Origin: Planctomycetota bacterium
GTDB taxonomy: Bacteria > Planctomycetota > UBA1135 > UBA2386
Assembly (NCBI GenBank): GCA_965223545.1
Contig: OZ245006.1
Location: 5,952,001-6,016,000, forward strand
DNA: 64,000 bases
Reading direction: 5' to 3'
The notes under the pieces were generated by a model. That model was not told where the DNA came from. It saw only the letters and a program-made list of their open reading frames with translations, and did not search any database. Within the stretch, counting starts at the first letter, position 1. The number at the start of each line of letters is the position of its first letter. The translations under genes and the position numbers were made by a program. This document shows positions 9,994 to 20,079 of the stretch, piece by piece.

Positions 9994-10040
9994 GGTGGCG
10001 GGGCGAGCGAGAGGGGAGAGTTGAACCGCGAGACACTAGC

Positions 10041-10056
10041 GCAGCGGTGGTGCCAA
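10041..10056 (-). promoter_or_regulatory. Putative sigma-54 (-24/-12) promoter for the uridylyltransferase gene
   Basis: Minus strand TTGGCACCACCGCTGC gives TGGCAC-N5-CTGC with exact GG-N10-GC spacing, ~50 nt upstream of the start. Confidence 0.5.
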
Positions 10057-10143
10057 CCCACGGTGGAACTCTCGACCGGTCGGTTTTTTGCCTCCGGCTG
10101 TTGTCGCCGTCGCCGACGGCGGCGAAAACGCGACCCCTGACCG

Positions 10144-12114
10144 ATGGCCGAATCGCGCACCAACGCGGCAGTCCGCCTGCCGGGGCATGCGCCGCTCACC
10201 GCGCTGCGCGGCGTCGGTCCGGTGCTGGCCGCCCGGCTCCGCGCCGCCGGCATCGCCGATCTCGCGGCGTTGGTCACCTGGTTTCCGCGCCGGCTGCGCG
10301 CCCTGCGTCGGATCGAGAGTCCAGCCGAGGCGGAGCCGGGTGCGTGGGTGCGGGTCGACGGCCGGGTCACCGGTGCGCGGCGCAGCTACCTGCCCGGCCG
10401 CCGGGTGCGCGTCGTGGTGTCGTTCGCCGCCGGCGATGGTACGCCGTTCGACGTGGTGTTCTTCAACCAGCCGTTCCGCGCGGCTGCCTATACGGTGGGC
10501 GAGCAGCGCACGGTCGAGGGCGTGCTCGAGCGGTCCGGCCGCCGCTTCGCGGTGGGGCGGGCCGTCGTGTTGCCGCGCGGTGCGCGGCCGACGGTTCCGT
10601 TTCAGCTGGGCTATCCGGCGGTGGATGGGGTCTCCGATCAGCGCTTGGCGGCGTTGATCGGGCAGGCGCTCGACCTGCTCGACGCGGATGCCTGGCCGCC
10701 GCCACACTTGCCCGCGGGTCTGCTACTCGATGCCCCGCTGCCGCCGGCGGGCGCGGCGCTGCGCGCGATGCACAGTCCGCGCGACCTGCGCGAGTACGAA
10801 GGCGCGCGGCTGCGCTTCGCGCTGGCGGAGGCGGCGGCCCTGTTTCGCGGCATCGAGGCGGCGGCACGCGCGCGGCGCGCGGCGGCTTCCGCTGCCGTGG
10901 TCGACGACCCGGCGTTGTCGGCGTGTATCGCCGAGGTCGTGCCGTTCTCGTGGACGGAGGATCAGCAGCGCGCCGTGGCCCGTATCGACCGCGCCCTGCG
11001 CGGCAGCTCGCCGATGGGGCTGCTGCTGCAGGGTGATGTCGGCACCGGCAAGACCGCGGTCGCGGTATATGCGGCAGTGGCCGTGCTGCGCGCGGGCGCG
11101 CAGGTCGCGTTCTTGGCGCCGACCGAACTCTTGGCCGAGCAGATCGCCGCGGTGCTGCGCGAGTGGTTGGCGCCGATCGGCGTCGAGCCGGAGCTGCTGA
11201 CGGCCAGTCGGCCCGGCGCGGCAGCGCGCGCGGTCCGCACCGCATTGGCGGTCGGCCGCGCGCCGCTGGTCGTGGGCACGCACGCCCTGCTGTCGGCAGC
11301 GACCGAGTTCGAGCGCCTCGGTCTGGTGGTGATCGACGAGCAGCATCGCTTCGGCGTCGACCAGCGGCAGGCCCTGGTGGGCAAGGGCAGGGCGCCGCAC
11401 ATCCTGACGATGTCGGCGACGCCGATCCCGCGCACCCTCGCGCTCGCCCTGTACGGAGACCTCGACCAGGTGGTGCTGCGCCAGCGGCCGTGCGGCCGCC
11501 GCCCGGCACCGGCGTTGTTCGTCACCCGGCGCCACTGGCCGCGCGTGGTGCGCGCCGTGCGCCGTCGCGCGCGGCGGGGTCAGCAGTGCTATGTCGTCTG
11601 CGCGCAGATCGGGCTCGACGGCGAGAAGGGCGGAGCGGTCTGTCTGCACCGCGAGCTGTCGGCAGTGGCGCGGTGTGGGTTGGTGCACGGTCGCCTGTCG
11701 ATGGACGAACGCCGCGCGACCACCGCCGCGTTCCGCCGCGGAGAGCTCGACGTCCTGGTCGGCACGACGGTGCTGGAGGTCGGCCTCGACGTCGCCAGCG
11801 CGACCCTGATGGTCGTGATCGGCGCCGAGAGCTTTGGCATCGCGACCCTGCATCAGCTGCGCGGCCGAGTGGGGCGCGGCCGCCGGCGCGGGCTGTGTGT
11901 CCTGACCGGCGAGCCGACCGAGCGCACGCGCGCGGTGTGCGCCACCACCGACGGGTTCGCGCTGGCCGAGAGCGATCTCCGGCTGCGCGGTGCCGGGGAG
12001 CTGTCGGGCTTGCGGCAGAGCGGCGCCGGCGAGCTGCGCGTGCTCGATCCGGTCGAGGACTTCGAGTTGTTGGCGCGCGTGCGCGCGGCAGTGCGGGCGG
12101 AGGCGAGCGGTTGA
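10144..12114 (+). CDS. recG: ATP-dependent DNA helicase RecG
   Basis: LLQGDVGTGKT, APTELLAEQ, DEQHRFG, MSATPIPRTL, LHQLRGRVGRG, DGFALAESDLRLRGAGE. Confidence 0.95.
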   Translation: MAESRTNAAVRLPGHAPLTALRGVGPVLAARLRAAGIADLAALVTWFPRRLRALRRIESPAEAEPGAWVRVDGRVTGARRSYLPGRRVRVVVSFAAGDGTPFDVVFFNQPFRAAAYTVGEQRTVEGVLERSGRRFAVGRAVVLPRGARPTVPFQLGYPAVDGVSDQRLAALIGQALDLLDADAWPPPHLPAGLLLDAPLPPAGAALRAMHSPRDLREYEGARLRFALAEAAALFRGIEAAARARRAAASAAVVDDPALSACIAEVVPFSWTEDQQRAVARIDRALRGSSPMGLLLQGDVGTGKTAVAVYAAVAVLRAGAQVAFLAPTELLAEQIAAVLREWLAPIGVEPELLTASRPGAAARAVRTALAVGRAPLVVGTHALLSAATEFERLGLVVIDEQHRFGVDQRQALVGKGRAPHILTMSATPIPRTLALALYGDLDQVVLRQRPCGRRPAPALFVTRRHWPRVVRAVRRRARRGQQCYVVCAQIGLDGEKGGAVCLHRELSAVARCGLVHGRLSMDERRATTAAFRRGELDVLVGTTVLEVGLDVASATLMVVIGAESFGIATLHQLRGRVGRGRRRGLCVLTGEPTERTRAVCATTDGFALAESDLRLRGAGELSGLRQSGAGELRVLDPVEDFELLARVRAAVRAEASG

Positions 12115-12150
12115 TTCCGCGGTCGGCCGGGCCGGGTATGGTGGCCGCCC

Positions 12151-12810
12151 GTGACCGACCCGCAATCGCCCCCCGTCCTCTCGGTCGCCGCCGCGCGCGC
12201 CTTGGACCGCGCCGCCGTCGACGAACTGGGCATGCCCTCGCTCCTGCTGATGGAGAACGCGGCGCGGGCAGTCGCCGCGCAGGCGCAGAGCATGGGCGAT
12301 CGGTTCGTCGTGCTCTGTGGACCGGGCAACAACGGTGGTGATGGGCTCGGCGCGGTCCGTCACCTGCGCGGCCGCGTTCAAGTGGCGCTGTTGGCCGAGC
12401 CGGACCCCGCGCGTTGCCCCGACGCGGCCTTGCAGTACCGCATCCTGCGCGCTGCCGGGATCGCCGTCGAGGTTGGCGCGCTGCCCGCCCTGGCGGACGA
12501 CGAGCGCGCGGTCTGGATCGACGCGCTGTTCGGCACCGGGCTGGGACGCCCGGTCACGGGGACAGCGCGCGCGTGGATCGAGGCGTTCAACGCCGCGCCC
12601 GGTGCCAAGCTCAGCGTCGACATCCCGAGTGGGCTGCACGGAGATCGCGGCGCGGTCCTCGGCGTCGCGTGCCGCGCCGATGTGACCGTGACCTTCGCGG
12701 CGGCCAAGCCGGGCTTGCTGGTTGCCGCGGCACGTGGCTTCGTCGGCCGCCTCGTGGTCGCGCCCTTGGGGCTGCCGCCGGGCTACGACGGAGGGACCCT
12801 CGCCGATTGA
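12151..12810 (+). CDS. nnrE: NAD(P)H-hydrate epimerase (stand-alone YjeF N-terminal domain)
   Basis: LLMENAARAV, CGPGNNGGDG, DALFGTGL, SVDIPSG, TVTFAAAKPG. Confidence 0.9.
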   Translation: MTDPQSPPVLSVAAARALDRAAVDELGMPSLLLMENAARAVAAQAQSMGDRFVVLCGPGNNGGDGLGAVRHLRGRVQVALLAEPDPARCPDAALQYRILRAAGIAVEVGALPALADDERAVWIDALFGTGLGRPVTGTARAWIEAFNAAPGAKLSVDIPSGLHGDRGAVLGVACRADVTVTFAAAKPGLLVAAARGFVGRLVVAPLGLPPGYDGGTLAD

Positions 12811-12869
12811 ACGGCGTGGCCAGACCAGCCAAGCACGCGTTGACCCCTGCCGCGGACTCGACCGACGCC

Positions 12870-14081
12870 GTGTCACCGCCGCAGCACCGGCTGCGGCGCA
12901 ATCTCCGGCTGTACCCTTGGTTCCAAGCCGGGCGTTCGCTGCTGTTCTGGCAGGCTGCGTGGTTCTTGTATCTCGAGGCCCAGGTGTCCGCGGCGCTGGC
13001 GCTGTCGATCGCCGTCCTGTACGACGTCGGCGTCGTCCTCTTCGAGGTGCCCACCGGCTACGTGTCCGACCGGTTCGGCCGGCGCGCAACCCTGTGTGCG
13101 TCGGCGCTGGCGAGCTGCGTGGGCTGCGCGCTGTTGTTCTCCGGCCTCGGCTTCGCGGTGTTGGCCACCGGGCAGCTCTTGCTCGGCCTCGGCGCCGCGC
13201 TCGCGTCGGGTACGGACACCTCGTTGTTGTACGAGTCCCTTGATGCGCTGGACGAGGGCGAGCAGGTCGGCCGGCACGAGGTGCGCGCCTGGCGCGCGAT
13301 CGGCCTCGCGCTGGCCGGCTCCGCTCTGATCGGTGGGCTGTGCTCACTTTGGTCGCTGCGCGTGCCCTACCTGCTCAGCGCCGGTGCCGCATTCGCGGCA
13401 ATCGGTATCGCGTTCCTGTTTGCCGAGCCACCGCGGCAGCGGCGCGCGGCGGCAGTGTTGCCCCAGCTGCGCGCCTGCGCTTCGCTGCTGCGCGATTCCG
13501 TGCTGCGCTGGGTGCTGGTGGTGACCGTGCTCATCGTTTTGGGCGAAGATCTGCCGTACGTGTACCAGCAGCCGTACGTGCGCGCGCTGCTCGCCGACCT
13601 CGGCTGGCAGGCGCACACTCCCTGGATCACCGGCGCGGTGATCGCGGTCACCATGGCGGTGGCGGCGGGCGGCGCGGGTCTCGGCCTGCGCGCCGCGCGC
13701 CGGTACGGGCCGATGCTCGCACTGCTGGGCTGCACCGCGCTGGGCTGGTCGGTCCTCATGGCGATGGCCAGCTGGCAGCACGCCGCGGCAGTAGGCCTGT
13801 TGGCGATGCGCATGCTCCCCGGTGCGGCGGCCGCACCACTGCTGGCACAGACGGTGCATCCGCGCGTGCCGAGTGCGCTGCGCGCGACCTATTTCTCGCT
13901 GCAGAGCCTGGTCGGGCGGTTGGTGCTGTCGGGCACCGTGCTGCTGTCGGCGACCGCGGTCGCGGGCCGCCGGAGCGTGGATGGCGCCGCCCTGGATGCG
14001 GTGCTGCCGATCCAAGCGGTGTGCGCCGGGCTCGTGCTAGTCGCCCTGGTCGCGGTGCGGCCGCGCTCGCCAGGGTCGTAG
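12870..14081 (+). CDS. MFS transporter
   Basis: Multiple hydrophobic helices; FEVPTGYVSDRFGRR and SGTDTSLLYESL; start estimated at GTG 12870. Confidence 0.85.
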   Translation: MSPPQHRLRRNLRLYPWFQAGRSLLFWQAAWFLYLEAQVSAALALSIAVLYDVGVVLFEVPTGYVSDRFGRRATLCASALASCVGCALLFSGLGFAVLATGQLLLGLGAALASGTDTSLLYESLDALDEGEQVGRHEVRAWRAIGLALAGSALIGGLCSLWSLRVPYLLSAGAAFAAIGIAFLFAEPPRQRRAAAVLPQLRACASLLRDSVLRWVLVVTVLIVLGEDLPYVYQQPYVRALLADLGWQAHTPWITGAVIAVTMAVAAGGAGLGLRAARRYGPMLALLGCTALGWSVLMAMASWQHAAAVGLLAMRMLPGAAAAPLLAQTVHPRVPSALRATYFSLQSLVGRLVLSGTVLLSATAVAGRRSVDGAALDAVLPIQAVCAGLVLVALVAVRPRSPGS

Positions 14082-14108
14082 GGGGGCGTTGGTTTGATCG
14101 GTGTTCGG

Positions 14109-15980
14109 TTACGTGAGCGGCGCGAGGAGGCCCATTTGGTAGTGGGTGGCGCTGGCGATCGTCGCGGCGATGAGCACGACCGCGGCGACGCGGCAGGACC
14201 ACACGCCACCGCGGCGAACCAGCACTGTGCGCAGGAGCGCCCCCGCCAGTACAGGTAGTAGGGCCGCGGCTGCCCACGGCAGCATCATCAGCGCAATGAT
14301 GCTGAGCGATGGCGGGTGGAAGAGCAGGACTTCCAGATCCACGCGCGAGAGGTAGAGCCAGCCGGCAATCGGGAACGCGGCGTGCACGGTGACGAGCGCC
14401 AGCGCACAGATTTCGTGTGCGGTGCACGGCGGTCTTCGTTTCCTCGCTCGCCGAGCGAAGGCGACCGTTGCGAGCAAGAGATACGTCGCGAAGGCCGCGC
14501 CACACGCCAGCAGCGTGCGAAGGTGTGTGGCGCGGGTCTCGAACCAGGCGAGCCGTCGGTAGGCGCCGGCCCCCAGCAAGAGAAACTCCGGTTCGCCGCG
14601 GTCATCGTCGAGAAACGCACACTCCCGAGCACTACCGCGGCGCCGCAGCCGGCCAGCAGCGTACTCGTAATGCTCCGCGCCCCCGATCTCGATGTTGCCG
14701 CCGCCGGCGTCGGTGACTTCGATCTCGTCGACTAGGAGGGCCGACTCGAGCATGCCGCACGGGTCGGTCACGTTGCGGTACACGCCGGCGTAGCGCGCGG
14801 CACGCGCGGCGGCTCCGGGCAGTGGTGGCGGCTCATCGGTCGGCTCGAGTCGCGACTCTGGCATGAAGTGATCTACGAGCGCGCCGCCGAGGTCCCGGTG
14901 AAAGCGAGCGGCTCGGTTCAGGGATGGGCCTGGCCCGAAGATCGACAAGTTGTGCGCCGAGAACCAACCGATTCCACGGTCGGGCAGGAGCACCGCGCGC
15001 GCGAGGAACCCCGAGGCCCGCCCGCTCTTGTGCAGACCGCGCGTGTCACCGCGCTCGAACTCCTCGAAACCGAAGCTGCGGCCCTGCACGCCGGGCGCGG
15101 CGCGGAATTGCACGGTGGTCATTTTCTGAACCGCTTCGGCGCCGAGCACACGCACTCCGTCGACTCGCCCGTTTGCAAGGAGCAGCCGGAGTACCATGGC
15201 CATGTCCCGCCCGCTGCTGAACGCGCCGGCCGCTGGGAGGGTTTGCACGGCGTCGACCGCGCAGGCCACGTGCCTTTCTCCGTCCCATGAGTAGCTACGC
15301 GCCAGCGTGATTCCTCGGTTGCTCTGGTCAAAAGTCGTCGCAGCCAGACCGAGTGGTGCGAACAGCGCTCGGTCGGCGTGTGCGCCGAAGTCGGTGCCCG
15401 TCGCCTGCTCGACCAAGTGGCCCGCCAGGGTCGTACCGTAGTCGTTGTAGGAAATGACGTGGCCCGGGGGCATCACGCGTTGCGTTATGTGTCGCGAAAG
15501 CCACGCCCCCAAGGGGCTCAGTTGGTCAGTGCGTGGTAGATGTTGGCCGACGAACGACTCCTGGAAGCCGGCAGTGTGGGTCAATAGGTGGAACAGGGTG
15601 ACCGGCGGGTCGGCCGCGGTGCCGACCTTGAACTCGGTGAGGGTGTCGTCGATGTCGTCGTGCAGGGTGAGGCGGCCGCGCTCGACTTGTTGCAGCGCCA
15701 GGATGCAGGTGATCGGTTTCGACAGCGAGCCGATGCGGAACGCGGTGTCCAAGTCGACGGGTTTGCGGGGTTCCAGGGTCGCGTTGCCGTAGCCCCTGCC
15801 GTGTACGATTCTCTCCGCAGTGACCAGGACGAATACAACCCCTGGCACGTGCGCCGCCTCGATCTCCGCGTCGATCCACGGATCGACGAACGCGGCGACG
15901 TCGTTGCCGTCCACGATGTCCGGAAGTTGTGCCGGTGTCGCCGCCGCAATGCAAAGTGTGAAGGTGGCGATGCAGGTCAT
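14109..15980 (-). CDS. Serine hydrolase (beta-lactamase class C-like family) with C-terminal membrane helices
   Basis: ATG 15980 overlaps the TetR stop; signal peptide; FRIGSLSK (SxxK), LLTHTAG, YND (YxN variant), HKSG; hydrophobic C-terminus. Confidence 0.85.
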   Translation of the reverse strand: MTCIATFTLCIAAATPAQLPDIVDGNDVAAFVDPWIDAEIEAAHVPGVVFVLVTAERIVHGRGYGNATLEPRKPVDLDTAFRIGSLSKPITCILALQQVERGRLTLHDDIDDTLTEFKVGTAADPPVTLFHLLTHTAGFQESFVGQHLPRTDQLSPLGAWLSRHITQRVMPPGHVISYNDYGTTLAGHLVEQATGTDFGAHADRALFAPLGLAATTFDQSNRGITLARSYSWDGERHVACAVDAVQTLPAAGAFSSGRDMAMVLRLLLANGRVDGVRVLGAEAVQKMTTVQFRAAPGVQGRSFGFEEFERGDTRGLHKSGRASGFLARAVLLPDRGIGWFSAHNLSIFGPGPSLNRAARFHRDLGGALVDHFMPESRLEPTDEPPPLPGAAARAARYAGVYRNVTDPCGMLESALLVDEIEVTDAGGGNIEIGGAEHYEYAAGRLRRRGSARECAFLDDDRGEPEFLLLGAGAYRRLAWFETRATHLRTLLACGAAFATYLLLATVAFARRARKRRPPCTAHEICALALVTVHAAFPIAGWLYLSRVDLEVLLFHPPSLSIIALMMLPWAAAALLPVLAGALLRTVLVRRGGVWSCRVAAVVLIAATIASATHYQMGLLAPLT

Positions 15981-16636
15981 GGGGGCGGGCTCCTCAGGTA
16001 ACCCAGAAACCCTGCGGTGAGCTCGTCCGTCAGGCGGCGGTCCGCGTGGCGCACCACTCTTGCTGGCCCCTCGCCGAACAAGATGACTTCGCGCAGGGTC
16101 GAGAGCGCCATCAAGAACGCGAAGGGAATCGCTTGGCGCGGTTGCGGGTGGCCAATCTCGGCGCGTCGAGTGAGCAGGAGCTGCACGAGGTGGGTGAGCT
16201 CCGCGTTCATCCTCTCGGTTCGCTCTTCGAACGCGGCGTCGTCCCGAGTGCGCGCAGCCAGGATCAGTGTGCGAAACAAGCCTCGCTTGGCTCGATGCAA
16301 GACAACCATGCTGTCGATGAGAGCGCGCACGATGGCGGCCAGGTTCTCGTCTTGCCACCGAGCCGGGTCGCATGCCGTCCGCAATGACGTGATCATGGTG
16401 CAGCAGTAGCGCTCGTCGAGGCACTGCAGCAGCGCCTCCTTGTCGCGCAGGCGGCCGTAGAACGCACCGACCGAGCAGTTCGCGCGGCGCGCGATGTCGC
16501 TGATGGAGAGGCGATCGAACGGTGTGTCCATCAAGAGCTCCTCGGTGGCGTCGAGGATGCGTTGCAGCGTGCGTTGGCTGCGCCGCTGCAACGACGGCTG
16601 CATCCACGAGGAATGGTCCGCAGACGGGGGCTTCAT
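15977..16636 (-). CDS. TetR/AcrR family transcriptional regulator
   Basis: QRRSQRTLQRILDATEELL..SISDIARRANCSVGAFYGRLRDKEALL; GAGGTG RBS before ATG 16636. Confidence 0.9.
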   Translation of the reverse strand: MKPPSADHSSWMQPSLQRRSQRTLQRILDATEELLMDTPFDRLSISDIARRANCSVGAFYGRLRDKEALLQCLDERYCCTMITSLRTACDPARWQDENLAAIVRALIDSMVVLHRAKRGLFRTLILAARTRDDAAFEERTERMNAELTHLVQLLLTRRAEIGHPQPRQAIPFAFLMALSTLREVILFGEGPARVVRHADRRLTDELTAGFLGYLRSPPP

Positions 16637-16655
16637 CGGCACCTCGGTAAAATAG

Positions 16656-16677
16656 AATACGAATTCTGATTCGAATA
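16656..16677. promoter_or_regulatory. Putative TetR operator / AT-rich promoter region
   Basis: Inverted repeat CGAAT-TCTG-ATTCG (16660-16673) inside a strongly AT-rich patch just upstream of the TetR gene. Confidence 0.55.
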
Positions 16678-16723
16678 TAGTCCAAGAGCCGCGCGCGTCC
16701 AGTCCCCGGCCGCCGCGAATTCG

Positions 16724-16751
16724 TGTAGCGCTCGGTCGGCACTGCGCATAG
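16724..16751 (+). promoter_or_regulatory. Putative autoregulatory ECF promoter TGTAGC-N15-CGCATAG
   Basis: Same architecture upstream of the paralogous sigma gene (34487-34514); 10 nt before the ATG. Confidence 0.6.
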
Positions 16752-16761
16752 CACGCCCGAC

Positions 16762-19700
16762 ATGCCCAACCGCTCGGTCGATCGCCACTTCGCCCACTAC
16801 TGCCGCACGCGGGACGCGCGCAGTCTGGCGCGGGTGTTCGATGCGACCGCCCCCGAGCTGCTGCGCATCGCGCTGCACTTGTGCGGCGACCGGCACCGGG
16901 CGGAGGACTTGCTGCAGAGCACGTTCTTGACCGCGATCGAGAAGGCCGGTCGCTTCGACGCGGAGCTGTCGGTGGTGCCCTGGATGCTCGGCATCCTCGC
17001 CAACGCCGCCCGCCAGCAGTGGCGCCGTGATCGGCGGCGGCCACCGCAGGATGCCGAGGCGACGGCACCGCCGACGACGGATGCCGATCCGCTCGGGCGC
17101 GTGACGGAGATGGAGCTCGACGACGCCGTCGACCGCGCTTTGGCCGGCTTGCCATCGACCTACCGCGAGGTGCTCGTGCTGCATCTCCGGCACGGGTTGA
17201 CCAGCACCGAGATCGCGCGCGCCAAGGGCGGCAAGCCGGCGACAGTCCGCACGCAGATCGCGCGCGGCATGGAGCACTTGCGACGCGCCCTACCGGCGGG
17301 GTTCGCCGCGGCGGGAGCCGCGGTCGCGGTGCCGCAAACCGTCATCGCGGCGGTGCGGCGCGAGGTTCTTCGCGCCGGCGTCGCGCACGAGACCGGCGGT
17401 GCCATCGCCGGTGGCGTGGTTGGCAGTGGAACGTTGTTGGTGGGAGTGACGATGAAGTACGTGATCGGAGGAGTGGCGGCGGCGTTGGCCGCGGCCGTGG
17501 TCGCGGCGTGGTGGAGCGCTGCGCCGAGCGGAGAAGTCGCCGCGGTGGCGCCCGAGGGCGCGCCCAGTGCGCTACCTCGGGGCGAGGTCGCGGTGGCGAA
17601 CGACGGTGCACCGCCCGCGCCGCAGGCGGCGGCGCGTGCGGCCCTGCCGCCGGCGGATGCGGCCGCGGTGCTCGAGGTCGCGGTGAGCCGCGCCGCGGAG
17701 GCCGTCGTCGGTGCGCTGGTCTGGGTGCGGCAGGACGGCGCCCTGCACCGCGGTGCGACCGAAGCTTCTGGGGTCGTCCGCTTCGCCGAGTTGGCGCAGG
17801 GCGAGTGCGTGATCCTGACCGATGCCGGCCGCGACGCGTTGCAACTGCAGGCCGGCACCAATCACTGGCAGGTGGAGCTCTCACCGGGGCTGCGCGTCGT
17901 GGGGGTGGTTGCCGACGTCGACCGGCGGCCGGTGGCCGATGCGCGCGTTTGCGCCTTTCGTCCCGAGCTGTTGGGCTGTGAGCACGTGCTCGGCTACTCG
18001 GACGAGCACGGCGCGTTCGCCATCGACCACGTGCCGCCGGGCACGCGCCTGGTCGCGCACAAGTCCGGCTACCAGCCCTCGGGCCCTCGCCATCGCGCGG
18101 TCGACGGTGAGGTCGGCGATGAGGTCGAGGTCGACCTGCGCCTCGGCGCGCGCGCTTTCGTACTGCGCGGCGAGGTGCGCGATGCGGCCGGCAACCCGGT
18201 TCCGCACGCGGCGGTCGGCATCGCGGTCGACGAGGACGCGCGTGATGACAGTCGCGGGCATGGCGCTCTGGCGCGGAAGGTGGGCGCGGAACGGGTGAAG
18301 CCGCTGGACCGCGAGACCTTCTTCGTCCGCGCCGACGCCAGCGGTCGATTCGAGAGCGACCAAGTGCCGGTCGGGCCGGTATTGGTCTTTGCCCGAGCGC
18401 CTTCGCCGCGCGACGCGGCGATCGGCACCGCGATCGTGCGGATGACCGGGGGCCCGCCGCAGACGGTGGTGGTGAACCTCGAGCGGGGCGCCGTGGTGCG
18501 CGGTCGGGTCGCCGACGACACCGGCGCTCCGTACGCCGGCTTGACCCTGCGCAGCGAGTGGCAGGGAGAAGCCGTGCTCGGCAATCTCGAGCACAACCTC
18601 GGCGGTTGGTTGGCGGATCGCGAGGCAGTCACCGACGCGAACGGTGAGTACGCGCTCACCGGTTTGCTGCCGGGCGAGCATCGGCTGTATGCCGGAGGTG
18701 AACTGCAGGTCGAGCACCGCCGCGTCCGCCGCGAGGCGACCAGGCATCGAGTCGAGGTGCCGCGCGGCGGCGAGGTGCGGTGGGACCCGACGGTGCGCCG
18801 GCAGTGGGACCTCGAGGTGGTGGTGCGCGACGCCGCCGGCCAGCCGTTGGCCGGCTGGGCGGTGGGCGTCGGTCGCGCGCGGCTGCGCGTGCTGCGAGCG
18901 CAGCGCACCGGCGCCGATGGCCGCATCGTGCTGCGCGCGTTGCCGCGCGGCGCGGCGCGGTTGGTCGTGCACGGACCGGCCGGCGAGGGGGGCGGTCCGC
19001 ACGCATTGCCGGCGGTCGATACCACGATCGAGCTGCCGGCCGACGGCCCCGTCGAGGTCACGGTCGGTGCCGATTCCTGGCCGGGGGTCGAGCTGCGTGG
19101 ATCGGTCGTGCACGCCGACGGCCGACCGGCGAGCGGAGCGCTGGAGTTGCGGCGCCCGGGTTGTGTCGAACGACTCCGCACCGCGGTCGATGCGGACGCG
19201 GGTGGCAGCTTCTCGTTCGCCGGTTTGTCGCCGGGGCCGGTGGTGCTGATCGGGCAGCTGCGCGGTTGTCGGAACGACTGGGTGCTGGGGCGTTTCGAAG
19301 TGCGCGCCGGCCAGCCGCTCGACGTTGGCCGTCTGGTGCTGCCGGCGTTCGGCCGGCTGGAGGTGCGCGTGCCCGGCGTCACCGCGCAGGGCGACCTCGA
19401 ACTCTGGATCGCGCCGGCCAGCGGCGACGCGCCCGGCGGTCGGTTGGGCATCTGGCGGCAGCGCGATGGCAAATGGCGTTCGGACGAGCTGGTGCCCGGC
19501 CGCTACCGCGGAGTCGTGCGCCAGAGCGGCGCCGTGCCGGCGCGGTTCGACTGCGAGGTGCGGGCCGGCGAAGCCACGGTCGTCGAAGCCGTGCCTCCCG
19601 ACGCCATCGCGCAGGAGTTCGTCGTGTCGCTGCCGCCGAACGCCGCGGCGCTCGCCAACGAGCGCACCCGCGACCGCGGTCGCGTGCACTTCTCGGTCTG

Positions 19701-19911
19701 GGACCGAGACGGGGTGCTCATCGCCGACACGCGGCGGACCGAGCCGTTCGTGGAGCCGGCCACGCGCACGCTGCGCACCACCCTGCGGTTGCCGCCCGGC
19801 CGCTACTTGGCAGACGTGGAGGATCACTGGTTCGGGGAAGCACACCCGAGTGCGACAGTCTCCTTCGAGGTCGCGCCCGGCAGTGCCCCGGTCGTGGTCC
19901 GGATTCGCTGA
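16762..19911 (+). CDS. ECF sigma-70 factor fused to a membrane segment and repeated carboxypeptidase-regulatory-like beta-sandwich domains
   Basis: Sigma2 (RAEDLLQSTFLTAIE, PWMLGILAN) and sigma4 (LPSTYREVLVLHL, TVRTQIARG); hydrophobic stretch after Met231; repeated GxVxDxxGxPVxxA modules. Confidence 0.88.
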   Translation: MPNRSVDRHFAHYCRTRDARSLARVFDATAPELLRIALHLCGDRHRAEDLLQSTFLTAIEKAGRFDAELSVVPWMLGILANAARQQWRRDRRRPPQDAEATAPPTTDADPLGRVTEMELDDAVDRALAGLPSTYREVLVLHLRHGLTSTEIARAKGGKPATVRTQIARGMEHLRRALPAGFAAAGAAVAVPQTVIAAVRREVLRAGVAHETGGAIAGGVVGSGTLLVGVTMKYVIGGVAAALAAAVVAAWWSAAPSGEVAAVAPEGAPSALPRGEVAVANDGAPPAPQAAARAALPPADAAAVLEVAVSRAAEAVVGALVWVRQDGALHRGATEASGVVRFAELAQGECVILTDAGRDALQLQAGTNHWQVELSPGLRVVGVVADVDRRPVADARVCAFRPELLGCEHVLGYSDEHGAFAIDHVPPGTRLVAHKSGYQPSGPRHRAVDGEVGDEVEVDLRLGARAFVLRGEVRDAAGNPVPHAAVGIAVDEDARDDSRGHGALARKVGAERVKPLDRETFFVRADASGRFESDQVPVGPVLVFARAPSPRDAAIGTAIVRMTGGPPQTVVVNLERGAVVRGRVADDTGAPYAGLTLRSEWQGEAVLGNLEHNLGGWLADREAVTDANGEYALTGLLPGEHRLYAGGELQVEHRRVRREATRHRVEVPRGGEVRWDPTVRRQWDLEVVVRDAAGQPLAGWAVGVGRARLRVLRAQRTGADGRIVLRALPRGAARLVVHGPAGEGGGPHALPAVDTTIELPADGPVEVTVGADSWPGVELRGSVVHADGRPASGALELRRPGCVERLRTAVDADAGGSFSFAGLSPGPVVLIGQLRGCRNDWVLGRFEVRAGQPLDVGRLVLPAFGRLEVRVPGVTAQGDLELWIAPASGDAPGGRLGIWRQRDGKWRSDELVPGRYRGVVRQSGAVPARFDCEVRAGEATVVEAVPPDAIAQEFVVSLPPNAAALANERTRDRGRVHFSVWDRDGVLIADTRRTEPFVEPATRTLRTTLRLPPGRYLADVEDHWFGEAHPSATVSFEVAPGSAPVVVRIR

Positions 19912-20079
19912 GTAGGCTCAGGCGGCTGGGCCGGAGCGCGATTCGGCCGCTGCTCGCGCTGACCCGCAGCGCCCATGGCGTGGCGAAACTGCCGTCCGCA
20001 ATGAAAACCGCGACTCGGGCCGGCATGCCGAATAGGCTCTGGACCGCCCCGATGTAGGCCGTCCTGCCCACGACCGCGC

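Noticed and set aside
14109..16769. Apparent 886-aa protein spanning the TetR and hydrolase region
   Set aside because: The N-terminal part is an off-frame read of the TetR gene; the real hydrolase starts at ATG 15980 with a signal peptide
19909..19965. GGCTCAGGCGG..CGCGCTGAC after the first sigma fusion as another copy of the 196-bp repeat
   Set aside because: Only short partial matches to the cores; could be chance in GC-rich DNA
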